A stretch of 44,879 bases of DNA, taken from Sanchytrium tribonematis (taxonomy: Eukaryota). Under the pieces are notes generated by a model, which saw only the letters and a program-made list of their open reading frames with translations, had not been told where the DNA came from and did not search any database. The translations under genes were made by a program, and so were the position numbers. Below, in pieces: positions 20,446 through 31,398 of the stretch; position 1 is the first letter of the stretch; each line of letters begins with the position of its first letter. The DNA is taken from NCBI GenBank assembly GCA_018985235.1, contig JADGIG010000019.1, positions 1 to 44,879 of the forward strand, written 5' to 3'.

Positions 20446-22074
20446 ATGAGTCGAGACAATGTGGAATATTTGCTGGAGCTTATCAAATATAGGTTGACTG
20501 TTCCGCCTTTAAAAGAAATGCTTAAATACGTCGGACTGGCAAGCTCAGGCAGGAAGGATGATTTGCGTTCACGGCTGTTGGAATTTATTGAAAAAAACGG
20601 ACCAAATTATTTTCTACAAATGGATACTATTCAAACAGAAATTAGAAAAAAAGGAGAGGATGATCAAAGGCAACTACTGTACGAGAGACAACGAGAAGCT
20701 CAAAGAAAAGAACAAGAAAATGAAGCAAGACGGCGAAAACTGTCTATTTTGAACAGCGCTGCAGCTATCAGGAATCTACATGACTATGACTCTCCTAATT
20801 CGACACCATCTCATAGTATTGTGGATTTTTTTGAAAGTAGGCATACTCCTACTAAAACTATTAAGTCTAGACAAGTTATAACTGAGGGCGACTTTCCCTC
20901 GATTTTATGGGGTGGCTTAGAATGCTCTACACTTGATATAAACTGGATGATTTTTCCTTTTTACGAACAATTACGAGTTCTTAAATCATATTGTATCAAA
21001 GGATCATCTCAGAAATGCCACCATACATTTAATTTAACAGCCGGCGAATTTGCAGATATATCTTTAGGGAGGAAGTCTGTAATTTTTTGCATGACAAACT
21101 TATTCGCAGCATTTTTATCAACAAGAAGGGCAAACGGAGTAAAGCCATCTTGTCTTTTAGAATATCCTTTCTCATTTAGTATCAAAGTGAATGGCGAGGA
21201 AATAATATTCAAGGGGCATGGAATCAAAGACAAACCTGGAAGTTGTTCTCCTATCGACATTGGCAAACTTTTGATTAGTGGTGAAAATCACATCATTTTT
21301 CCATTCAATGGATTTTCCAAATTAATTGTGAGCTATCTATTTGCGAAAGTTTTTTCCGTGGACGATCTGGTTGAAAAAGTAAGCACTTTTCCGCCTTTTC
21401 CGATGAACTCCAAAGTTGAATTGATCAAGTCTATTAAAAATGCTATAAATGATGAAGATATTCAATTGGGTGAAAACAATTTTATCTTGAAATTAAATGA
21501 TCCTTTGACGTTGTCCAGGATAGAAAAACCAGTGCTTTCAACTATTTGTAACCACATCCAGCCTTTCGATTGTGAGATTTTTTTCCAATCTCAAAAGAAT
21601 TTTCCATTATTTAAATGCCCAATATGTAGGCGTCAATTAGGGGAGCAAAAGCTAACTCTCAGTAGCTTTGATCTCCCAGATAGTATTCGATTAGAGCTTC
21701 AAAATTTTTCGGTAGGAAAATATTTCCGCACAAACCCCGTCTTCTACCTTAGATGCGATAATTTTACGACTAGCATACTTAAGGTTTGCAGCAATCATAA
21801 AGGAATTGCTTATTCTTATAAAGGGAAAACAATTAATAGCGTCAAATTAAATCCAGACGGTACATGGGAAGTCAATGAAATTGACGAAGATTCAGACTTT
21901 TCTCCCTTAGAGGAATCTTTAAGCGAGGCAGGCGATGATTTGCCGAGCAGCACTCATGACATTCCACTAAGCCAAGTCGAACATGAGGATGAAGATATTG
22001 TTTTAGTTGATGCTGTTTCCACAGAGGAATTATACAGACGTCGACAAGAACAACATATCATAGAAATTTTATAG
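20446..22074 (+). CDS. SIZ1: Siz/PIAS-type SUMO E3 ligase (SAP, PINIT, SP-RING)
   Basis: SAP motif LTVPPLKEMLKYVGLASSGRKDDLRSRL, PINIT-like KDKPGSCSPIDI, SP-RING LNDPLTLSRIEKP...CNHIQPFD...FKCPIC, and an acidic SIM-like tail. Confidence 0.85.
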   Translation: MSRDNVEYLLELIKYRLTVPPLKEMLKYVGLASSGRKDDLRSRLLEFIEKNGPNYFLQMDTIQTEIRKKGEDDQRQLLYERQREAQRKEQENEARRRKLSILNSAAAIRNLHDYDSPNSTPSHSIVDFFESRHTPTKTIKSRQVITEGDFPSILWGGLECSTLDINWMIFPFYEQLRVLKSYCIKGSSQKCHHTFNLTAGEFADISLGRKSVIFCMTNLFAAFLSTRRANGVKPSCLLEYPFSFSIKVNGEEIIFKGHGIKDKPGSCSPIDIGKLLISGENHIIFPFNGFSKLIVSYLFAKVFSVDDLVEKVSTFPPFPMNSKVELIKSIKNAINDEDIQLGENNFILKLNDPLTLSRIEKPVLSTICNHIQPFDCEIFFQSQKNFPLFKCPICRRQLGEQKLTLSSFDLPDSIRLELQNFSVGKYFRTNPVFYLRCDNFTTSILKVCSNHKGIAYSYKGKTINSVKLNPDGTWEVNEIDEDSDFSPLEESLSEAGDDLPSSTHDIPLSQVEHEDEDIVLVDAVSTEELYRRRQEQHIIEIL

Positions 22075-22083
22075 ATTTATTGA

Positions 22084-24592
22084 TTAAATCAAATCGGAAA
22101 CTTGAAATACTTCGTCGATGAGGCTACCATTGTCATTACTTTTGTAGTTCAATTTCAATCTCAATTTAATTGGAGCCTATATTATTTTAAATTACATTTG
22201 AGGGGTTTTGAACAGTAAATTCTTGAACAGCTTCTGCATTTACGGAAATATCTGACTTTGAAAGCGGCTGAATTGCCAGCTTTTGAGTTTTTGGTACAGC
22301 AATTAAAAGATTCACCTGAGACACACCGGAAAAAACAGTGTCGTTGATAATTTTGGCTCTAAATTGTACTTCTTCCAACCTTTCCTTTGGAGAATGCAGC
22401 TGAAGTAGAACACGTACGCCACCCTTATTATATACTTCCTTCGCTGGTTGTTCGGTTTTAGCCGGGGTCTTGACAGGGGCTGGGCTAGATCCAAATAATT
22501 CACTCATAAGATCGTTGACCTGTTGTTGCTTGGCATCAGTAACTGCTGTTTTTGCAGGGCTACTGGCACCTAATACATCAAGCAATTGGTTGACATTTGG
22601 ATCTACTTCAGGAGATAATTCATCCGGTGTTCCTTGATCATTTGTGGGTTCAGGCAACTTGTACTCCAAGGCTGGAATTGCAGCCAGCACTTCTCCCAAT
22701 TGAGAGGGATTTAAAACTTCTAAAAATTTCTTATATTCCATGGCACGCTGTTGGCAGTCAGTATTCATGTCGCGTTCATATTTTGTAAAAATGTTCTTGA
22801 TATCGTCAATAAGTTTTGGAAATTTCTGACAAACCTTAAATAAGGCTGTAAAAGCTAACAACTTTGTTTGTCCCGCAACTTCTTTCTTATTATATGTCTC
22901 ATCAACACCAGCAGCAGTAATAGCATCGTAAAACGGTTCGACAGATCCGCCTAGACGTCCTTCGGGTTTACAATTTAAATCTTGTTGTTTTAGTATTGAT
23001 TCCAATTGATTAATAATATCTTTTGGAAGTAATTGGGGTTGACCCAGGGTATCTAATTGTGGCTCGAGCAATTTTTGAGCATATTCGCCCAAGCACCATG
23101 CAGTTACTTGCGAAATGGCCGTGTTATTGATATTCGACTTCAAGCTTTCATACAAAGTCCTGGTTGAAAACCCTTGTAAGTCAGGTATATTTGATATCAA
23201 CTTGATAAATAATGACATATGCTCTTCTTTAACATGTTGATTTGCGAGTCTTAAAACCTCTACTAAAGTTTCAATATGCCATTTTCTATTTGGAGCAAAT
23301 TTTTCGGTGACCTGAAAACATCTAGTAACAATATAACTTTTAAATTCTGAATCCGAGATTTCCAGGAATGTCACCAGTTCCTTCATCATTGCTCTAATAT
23401 TAGTAGCATTGATCAACGTAAAAGACAAGTCCAGAGCGCGTCGTCGAATGCTAGTGTCTGGATCTTTTAAACATTCGACAATAATTGTTCGGTGTCGTTG
23501 AACAGCCTTCATGTCTTGCTCCACACATCTTGACAAAGTTTGCAATGCCACGTACTTCATATTATTGTCTTTGTTACTCAAAAATTTTCCAAGTATATTA
23601 ATTCCTAATACTCTCAAAGATTGGTCGCTTTTAATTTCTAAAATAGTTCTTGCAGTTTCGTACAAGATAGCACTACCCACATTTCTAGAAGCATCTGTTT
23701 TGGTCGCAACTTGGGCTAATATGTCATGAATTTGATCAGAAATTTCTTTTGAATCCTTACCAATAATTCGAAAAAACATCAATATTTTACATTGCAAAAA
23801 CGGGTCAGTAATTCCAGTCACGTCATGCTCCGGAGAGTATCCCGCAGTGATCAAATTTCTCATAAGCCTCAACATGCTTTGTACTTGTTGAGCGGCTTCT
23901 GGAACATGAAGGCTCGGATTTATTTGACAAACCTCAATTAAAACAGACAACGATGTAATAACGACTCCATGATTTTTGTCATTAATTAAATTCAAACATT
24001 TGGCAGCATATCTTTCTGACATTTCAGGCAATTTCTTTAAAACTCTAACAGCACATAGAGCCGCCTTTTTTCTTATATAACTGGACGAGCTTCCTAATAA
24101 TTTCTCAACTTCGGAGCTAAGATCTCTTAACATTTCCTCACTTCCAATATTACCTAATGTTGATAAAGCCAATCCACTGATAAATAAATTTTGATGATTC
24201 AAATCGTTTTTGAGGCAATTGGTGACCAACGTCAAGACTTCCTGATTTTCATCTAATAGCAACATAACACCAAGGTAGCCCAATCGTTTGTCAGAGAACC
24301 GTGGTGAAGCAACTAATTTGACACACTCCATTTGCCCAAAATGAGCAGAATATCCTAACATATGAATATATAACAATTTTTGAATGTTCATGGCTCTCAA
24401 ATCAGCACCTAACATTTGTGCTGCTTGTGCCGTTATCCCAGATACCCCGGATGCGGATCCAGTACCTTCTTTAATAAAGGTTCTAATTGAGGCTGACTCT
24501 TTTGCAATAATTGCGCGTTCTTCAGCTAATGTTTTAGCATTTCGGACTTGTCTAATTAAAGATTTTAAACTAGTAGGAACAAATGATGACAT
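22084..24592 (-). CDS. APL4: AP-1 complex gamma adaptin; exons 24592-22196 and 22176-22084 (829 aa)
   Basis: KTLAEERAIIAKE, HFGQMECVKL, YSPEHDVTGITDPFLQ, AVQRHR. The ear domain AVPKTQKL is completed by APIKLRLKLNY after splicing. Confidence 0.96.
22177..22195 (-). other. 19-nt GT-AG intron in AP-1 gamma (gtaatttaaaataatatag)
   Basis: Contains an in-frame TAA. Removal restores the last strands of the gamma-ear domain. Confidence 0.92.
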
Positions 24593-24666
24593 AAACTACT
24601 TTTTCTAAATTCTTGTTTCGAGTCGTCCCCGAGTTTAAGAACGAGAATATTTGACCTGTTTTGAAC

Positions 24667-26152
24667 CTAATTTTTTATTAAGGATTCTATAAATTCTTCA
24701 GAACGTAAAACGCAATTTCCGCCTATTAATACTGATGGTCCCTTTTCTTTCTTGAGTTTATCGTTAAGTAAGTGTATTGCTCTTATTTCGTCATATGTAA
24801 TTCCACCTATGATGTTGACTATTATATTTTGAGGCCTATATTATGATTAATTACCGTATGACACCAGGTAAATTTTGCTGACCAGGCTGCTGATAAGGAT
24901 ATTGTGACTCCATTAGTCTACCTTTTATTAAATCATTGATCAATTTGATTACTAGAGGCTCGTGTTGAGTAAAAACATTATCTATTCCTTTCAGTCCTTT
25001 CATCATTTGCTGACCTTTTTTGAACAAGGCTTGAGTCATATTCATTGGAGTTTTATTCGTACTCATTAGGTGCACTAAAGACATGTATTTTTCCAATCCT
25101 AGTTGCCGCAGGCTGCTTGTAAATTCCTGAACATATGTGTTATACCGAACCGAGTAAAGTAAAATTAGTCTCACTTTGTCAATGTTGTTGATAGAACTTG
25201 AAAGCAATTTCCTTATTTGTTCGGCACACCATTCTTCGTTATCTTCACACGCCAATGATTGTTCAATTTCTCCAATCGTCATGAGTTGATTTTTATTTAC
25301 GATTTCTGATAAAATAGTCATAACATTCACATGAGTTTCTACATTAGCTTGTAAATCTTTTAATTCGGGATATTTGTTTATAAACTGTTTAATGTCTTGT
25401 AAAGTATTTAGATTTCCTAGTGAAGCATATTGATTTTGATATTTTGCTACCAATTCCTTAATTTTGACACCAATGTCGCCAAAAGATGCGAATTTGTTCT
25501 GGTTATAAAAATTGTCATTAGTGAAAGAAACCAAAGGCTGATTGATTTTATAATTTTCAATTCCAATTAGATCATGAATCATGGCTTGATAATACCAAGA
25601 GTGGAGTAATGGCGTCAAATAGTCAAAAGATCTATTCAAATTAAGTATCACACATGGTTGACCTGAACAAGAAGGTAATTGCAAGTTTAATCCTCTTAAT
25701 GCTGGGCTCCACTGAAACGCTTGCAATAATGACCCCACTGATGATGCTAGTGCATTTTTAGGCTGATTAAAAGCATATTCATCTAATGCAATTACATCCA
25801 TATAAAATTCTAAGACTTGGGTAATGCGCTCATGGATATCTGCTTGGGCAATTTGTTCTATCCATTGTGAAGTTGTTTCTGAGACTAAACACAAAATATA
25901 TTGAGAGTAGTGAGGGTTTTGGAGCTCTGTAATTATATCTTGTAAGCTTGAAGGATGTATCATAACAATGGCTGTCCAACTCAAGTGTGTTTGAGCTGGT
26001 AATTTTCCAATATGAAATACATTATGTTGCAGAAAGTAACTCATTGGAACGAAACTAAGTATGTTTAAGCAATAATCATCAAGTAATAATACCTTGTAAC
26101 CGTCGTTGCTCAAAACGCCTTTTAAATAATTCTGAAGTAAATTGAAAATCAT
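24667..26152 (-). CDS. VPS45: Vps45 Sec1/Munc18 protein; exons 26152-24855 and 24835-24667 (488 aa)
   Basis: YKVLLLD, RSFDYLTPLLHSWYYQAMIHDLIGI, GIDNVFTQHEP, then RPQNIIVNIIGGITYDE after splicing. Confidence 0.92.
24836..24854 (-). other. 19-nt GT-AG intron in VPS45 (gtaattaatcataatatag)
   Basis: Removal restores the conserved RPQxIIVxxxGGxTYxE motif. Confidence 0.93.
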
Positions 26153-26191
26153 TAAATTTATGTTTCAAAATTTTAATTTATACCAAGTTTA

Positions 26192-27487
26192 TTAAGAATA
26201 AGCAGTTTCTGGGTATTTGTCTGCATAAATCGACTCAGTAATATAAGTGACCTTGACTACCTTACCATCAAAAAATCTTCCATTTATCTTCTTATATGCA
26301 TCTATAGCCTGGGATACAACTTCAAATTTAGCGAATACCAATTCGTCTGATAGATTTAAGTTATAGTGGAGTAATTTGCCACTCAACTCTAACTCTAATT
26401 TAACGTCCTCCGAAATTTCTGACAATTCCTGCGCAGGCAAATCTTTATTAAACATATTGGACAAAGTCAAACACCTTGATTCGGTTCCATTGCTAATTTT
26501 AGATGCAAGCATCTGCATCACACGATTACTGGCATCCTTCTTAGAGTACCTGATAGGCTTTGCTTTGTTTGGTTGGACTTCCATCTTTTCAGAGGATACC
26601 TTCATCGGCATTCCCATAAATTCGAAGTTATTCATCTCATTTATAGCTTTTTTTGCATCTTGTTTATTTTCAAAAGTAATAAATGCAGTGCCATTTGATT
26701 GACCATTTTGATCTTTGCTCATGTAGACGCTCTTTATCGGTCCGAATTCGCCAAATAAGTCTTGGAGATCAGATTCATTAACTGAGGTATGTAATTGCGA
26801 CACCATTGCCTGTCCCAAAACATCAACATATTCATCTTTCCCCCCGTCTTCATCCACGGGCTCTACCGTCAAAGGACCATGTTGAAAAATACTTCCATCC
26901 ATTTCCAGAGCTTTGGGAATAGAATCACCATGTAAAAACTCTACGTAAGCAATTCCTTTTGACCTATTGCTGCTTTTGTCATAAACGATCTTAACTTCCC
27001 TAACTTTTCCGACACGGTTAAAATAACGAGAAATATCAAACTCATTTGCTCGAGTATTAATTTGACTCACTAGCACGGTTTTGAGTCGCCTATCACCTTG
27101 CATAAATGCTGTACCATTTGATGGAACCGCATCACTCATACTCTCTCTATGACTTTGATTATAATTATCCCTCTTCAAGTATCTGTCTCTACTGCCATCG
27201 CTTTCACGCCTTTCGAAGTCTCTGGATCTTCCTTGACTATAACTGTCTCTTCTATCATCACTACTGTAGCCTCTAGGACCCCCACGGGCAGCAAACCTTT
27301 CATTATACCTATCATTTAGTTTAGGTTTATCAATCGTTGTATTTGTTGCTTTGGGCTCAGAAATCGGTTTGGTCGTTTCCGCTGCACTTGGAGAGTTTTT
27401 AGACTCGGCATTATCGTTGGTGGCCACTTTGCGTTGCTGATTTTGAATTTTTTTTAATTTTTCGCGAAGTGCAAGTGATGATTTCAT
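26192..27487 (-). CDS. RBM39: RBM39/Rsd1 (CAPER)-like splicing factor: RS/RD-rich region, two RRMs, UHM-like RRM
   Basis: VGKVREVKIVYDKSSNRSKGIAYVEF, a second RRM, and SRCLTLSNMF...NGRFFDGKVV. Confidence 0.75.
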   Translation of the reverse strand: MKSSLALREKLKKIQNQQRKVATNDNAESKNSPSAAETTKPISEPKATNTTIDKPKLNDRYNERFAARGGPRGYSSDDRRDSYSQGRSRDFERRESDGSRDRYLKRDNYNQSHRESMSDAVPSNGTAFMQGDRRLKTVLVSQINTRANEFDISRYFNRVGKVREVKIVYDKSSNRSKGIAYVEFLHGDSIPKALEMDGSIFQHGPLTVEPVDEDGGKDEYVDVLGQAMVSQLHTSVNESDLQDLFGEFGPIKSVYMSKDQNGQSNGTAFITFENKQDAKKAINEMNNFEFMGMPMKVSSEKMEVQPNKAKPIRYSKKDASNRVMQMLASKISNGTESRCLTLSNMFNKDLPAQELSEISEDVKLELELSGKLLHYNLNLSDELVFAKFEVVSQAIDAYKKINGRFFDGKVVKVTYITESIYADKYPETAYS

Positions 27488-27532
27488 GTTTCAACTCCAT
27501 TGTGAATAGGCTATTAAAATTTATTTTCAATC

Positions 27533-28561
27533 TCAATTCGTATCATAAATGAACCAGTTTGTGAGCGTGCCCAGATATATTTTGTCATTGACGACTTTCA
27601 ACTTGGTTAATTTCCAGTCAGGAAGCCTCAAGTAATCTTGTTCCCAAACCTCTTCATTCTTTTTTAAGTGAAATACTTTATCCGAACCATCGACATAAAA
27701 AAAGTCCCCATTATGATAGCAAATATCTTTAACTGGTTGTTTAATCTGCATTTCAGTGCAAGACAAGCTGATAAGATCAAATATCACTATCAAATTATCG
27801 AAACATTGAGCAATGACCTGATCCGTGTACAAGGGTTTACAAGAGTCAGCTTTGACAAATTTAAACGGCAATTCGACTTCACACATCGAAACGATATTTA
27901 TAGCCAAAAGCTCATTGGTATAAAATACCAAAATATGATTTTGAATAATGGAATGATGCTGAATTGGACAGTCCAGTGTTTTTGCTATTTGTATAAAATT
28001 CATAATGTCAACAATAAATATGGCATCATATGTGTATGTCACTAATAACGGATGGGTAGTGTTTAACAAACAGATATTTAACAAAAATGAAGGAATTCCT
28101 GGCTGGGTATCTTGAAGTAAATTAATAGCAAGGGTATTTAAATTTTCCAAGCTATACCATTTTATAGCTCCTTTGTTCAAAATGCAAAGAAATTTAGAAT
28201 TTATACTGTAACGCTGATACGGTATCACTTCAAAGTCAGATTGACCCAAAAATTTGTAGTATATCAATTTCAAAGTTTCATCAACACCAATAAATAAACT
28301 CAAATTCACAACGACTTTGTCAAATGGTCTGTTTGACTTAATGACTATGTCGCTCTTATCAAACACGTACACATTTTGAGAACAATAAATTTGCAAAAAA
28401 TTTCCTTCTGTTTTCATTTTCTGTATATTTGATTCTAGATTGACACATTTTATTTCCTTGGCGCTTTCAGATAACCAGAAAACACTTTTCTTTTGAAAGG
28501 TGAGTAAACCATTGTCGTATAAAAGAGGGAATCTAGACTTAAAATTTTTCGAATAAACCAT
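27533..28561 (-). CDS. Hypothetical protein, probably beta-propeller-like
   Basis: About 342 aa of short beta-strand patterns (IFIVDI, IVIFDL, KIYLGT). First ATG at 28561. Confidence 0.6.
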   Translation of the reverse strand: MVYSKNFKSRFPLLYDNGLLTFQKKSVFWLSESAKEIKCVNLESNIQKMKTEGNFLQIYCSQNVYVFDKSDIVIKSNRPFDKVVVNLSLFIGVDETLKLIYYKFLGQSDFEVIPYQRYSINSKFLCILNKGAIKWYSLENLNTLAINLLQDTQPGIPSFLLNICLLNTTHPLLVTYTYDAIFIVDIMNFIQIAKTLDCPIQHHSIIQNHILVFYTNELLAINIVSMCEVELPFKFVKADSCKPLYTDQVIAQCFDNLIVIFDLISLSCTEMQIKQPVKDICYHNGDFFYVDGSDKVFHLKKNEEVWEQDYLRLPDWKLTKLKVVNDKIYLGTLTNWFIYDTN

Positions 28562-28579
28562 GTTTTTCAAAACACTCGG

Positions 28580-29329
28580 ATGAAAACAATCACATTGACT
28601 AAATTAAAATTGCCTGATGGTGAGAAATTAAAAAATTATCGGCGAATCGAATCTGAATTAAAAATTATCGAAGAAGAGCATAAAAAAATCAAATCCGAGA
28701 AAGACGCAATCAATTTTGCATTGTGGATGAATCAATTCACAAAGTTTGTCAAAAACGAGCCTTATACACCCTTTGAATTTCCTATTGATACCATCACTGT
28801 CAGTACCCATAGAAAATTTCCTTGTTTCTTGTTTACAGAAATCAATCGTTACCCTTTTCCTTTCAAAATCAATTGTTTAAGATTTCCATTAAGGTCAAAG
28901 GATTATTTCAGACTTGTCAGTGAAAAGCCTTATGGATTCCAGGAATTCAGACACGCAACCTTGTCTGATTTAGGCGTGAAAGATAAGGAGAATGCCAGCT
29001 ATTTTCCATTTTTAATTTTGCCAATTCCAGGCGAAGAAAAAGATTTAAAAAAAATATCAAGATCTTTAATTCGAAGATCGAGATCAAGAGAAGCTAGGTT
29101 TCAAGGCAATTCTGTCGTGGATACATCCAATGGTGATCGTCTGAATTGCAGACTAGTTTATTATAAGGATGTGGAGCCAGAATTTATTCTTCCAGTAATC
29201 GGAGACAGATCGTATAGACACGCGATGGTCGGATTTGTCGAATACGATACCACGAAGTATGATCCGAAGCTTTTTTTAAATCCATTTGGAGACGAGCTGC
29301 AGCAAAGGTATATCAGATATATAAAATAA
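28580..29329 (+). CDS. Hypothetical basic protein, 249 aa
   Basis: ATG-initiated ORF filling the space between neighbours. No family recognised. Confidence 0.65.
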   Translation: MKTITLTKLKLPDGEKLKNYRRIESELKIIEEEHKKIKSEKDAINFALWMNQFTKFVKNEPYTPFEFPIDTITVSTHRKFPCFLFTEINRYPFPFKINCLRFPLRSKDYFRLVSEKPYGFQEFRHATLSDLGVKDKENASYFPFLILPIPGEEKDLKKISRSLIRRSRSREARFQGNSVVDTSNGDRLNCRLVYYKDVEPEFILPVIGDRSYRHAMVGFVEYDTTKYDPKLFLNPFGDELQQRYIRYIK

Positions 29330-29360
29330 ATTTATTAGATTATTACATTGTATAATTAGT

Positions 29361-31356
29361 TTAAAGTTTCTCAACATATTTACGGGGCGGTGATGAATGA
29401 CTTATACTCTGGAGCTCAAAATCATCTTCGAAAAATTCGTTGGCATCGTGTAAAATTTCTGTCTCTTCATTGTCATCCTCTTTTAGTCGATGATGAGACT
29501 TGACTCCTTTAAAGTAATATATTCCAAATCCGAGAAACCCCAAAACAGTCAATACAGCAAGTAGTGTACCAAATCCTCCTTTATCTTCGAGGGAAGGATT
29601 CGGTTTCTGATTATTATCAGTATCGGGAATCGTGGTAGTTGAATTCTGGGGCTTAGTGGTATTCGTAATAACATTAGTTTTGTTGCCTTCTAGAGACGCA
29701 CCCATTAAAGTCAGCTGCCATTGTACAAACTTTCCTGTTTTTTTGTTGGAATTAGAATCCTTCACTTTGATTGTCCAGGAGCCAATTTTAATGTCATCAA
29801 AATGAACCACTGTAGACATTGTCCAATCTTTGAGAGTATCAGAATGATAATCTCCAGGTCTGGGTTTAGCTAAAAATGAAGTGATTTTGGATGGTGAAAT
29901 AAGTGTTATTTCCAAATCTCCGCGCCGCTGATGCTCAATTGTTAAAGTAACAGTCACATGTTCTAGATCTCCAAAATTTACACTCGAGAGATTCTCTTGA
30001 GTAATATTATAAATTGAAGAAAGTTCCTCATTATCTCCAAAGTTCTGGTTTACCGCAATTATAGGGCTCTTAAATTGAGTTTCGCGATTAACAAGTTTCC
30101 ATGTCTTGGCAATATCAACCATAGCCGAAGCGTCCAGAAGACCATATCCAAATGTATGGCTAAATTTACGGTTTTTCGCGACTACCTGCCAATCATCTAT
30201 GGCCGCTTCGAATGGTCTTGCTGACAACAGCACCACATGCTGCACGTCTCTCCAAGTTAGATCAGGTCTGACAGATAGAAATAAGGCAATCATGCCCGCA
30301 GCTAAAGGAGCAGCTGCGGAAGTCCCTCCATGTTTTTCAACGCAGTCAGGGTACTCACCATTCCTCCTCCAATTTGTGGTCACAATGGACTTCCCATGAC
30401 CTGATGAGAAAGTCACTCCCAATTGAGCTGCACAATTTTCTGTGTAGGGCGGTTTTGTAAATTCAATATCAGTTGCACCTATGGTAACACTCCATGGCAA
30501 ATTCTAAATAAAAAAATAAAACCGTATATCCATCATAGTTGCAATCATCACTATGCATTCCACCATTACCGCTAGCGAATACAAATATGTTTCCTTTGCC
30601 ATTTCTTCCTTTTTCAATGCCTTTCTTGAATGCAGCAAAAACTGGTTCAGGTGGTCCATCAACAGTAGATCCATCATCGCTCGGGCCCCAACTACAAGAA
30701 TAAATATCGTTTTTATCCATTGCATGGTTCACAGCCAAAGCCTCATCTGCGGTAGTCAGGGCTCCACCCAAAATTCTAATGCCGGATATTGTAGCTTTAG
30801 GTGCTATTCCTAGCCCACATTTTGAATTAATCGCAGCGGCAATCTCTCCGGCGCATCTAGTGCCATGATAATCATCATAAAGAGTTGGAATTGGTAAATC
30901 CCTGTGATCATTGAAATCGTGACTGCATTCTTTGCAAAAATTTAGCAAATCTTCATGAGTAAAATCCACACCATCGTCTAATATAGCCACCGTGATATTG
31001 GCTCCCATATACCCATTTTTCCATGCGGGATATGTATTTAAATGATGATCAGATGTAAAATGCCATTGTTTATCAAACATTGGATCATTTATGTTTAGCA
31101 ATTTTTTGATCTCTTCATTGCTTACATTCTTGGGAACTGTTTTACCGAGCTCCCAATCTCCACGTTTAAATAGCCTTTTTTGCTTTTCGTCTTTTAAGAA
31201 ATATGTGTATTCGTCTCGTTTAAATAAAGTTTGATTGGTTTGTACGATAAAATAATTATCATAGATATGGTAGGCGTCAGGAGTTGGAGGCTCGCCGCTG
31301 GTTTGAATGATATATTGATTCATACCGGCTGAAAGAAGAGGATAAAGATATTTCAT
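29361..31356 (-). CDS. KEX2: Kexin (Kex2/furin-like proprotein convertase); exons 31356-30523 and 30503-29361 (658 aa)
   Basis: Pro-region ending RLFKR, ILDDGVD, HGTRCAGE, ASGNGG, HGGTSAAAP, P-domain LEHVTV...HQRRGDL, TM helix and acidic tail. Confidence 0.96.
30504..30522 (-). other. 19-nt GT-AG intron in KEX2 (gttttatttttttatttag)
   Basis: Removal gives CNYDGYT|NLPWSVTIGA, matching the kexin consensus CNYDGYTNSIYSITVGA. Confidence 0.93.
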
Positions 31357-31398
31357 TATTTGCAAAATGTTTCAAGTTTGAAAATGTCGCAACATTTA

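Noticed and set aside
21490..21630. SP-RING Cys substitutions in SIZ1 (LNDP, HIQPFD) suggesting an inactive ligase
   Set aside because: The zinc ligands of the SP-RING (CxH and CxxC) are retained.
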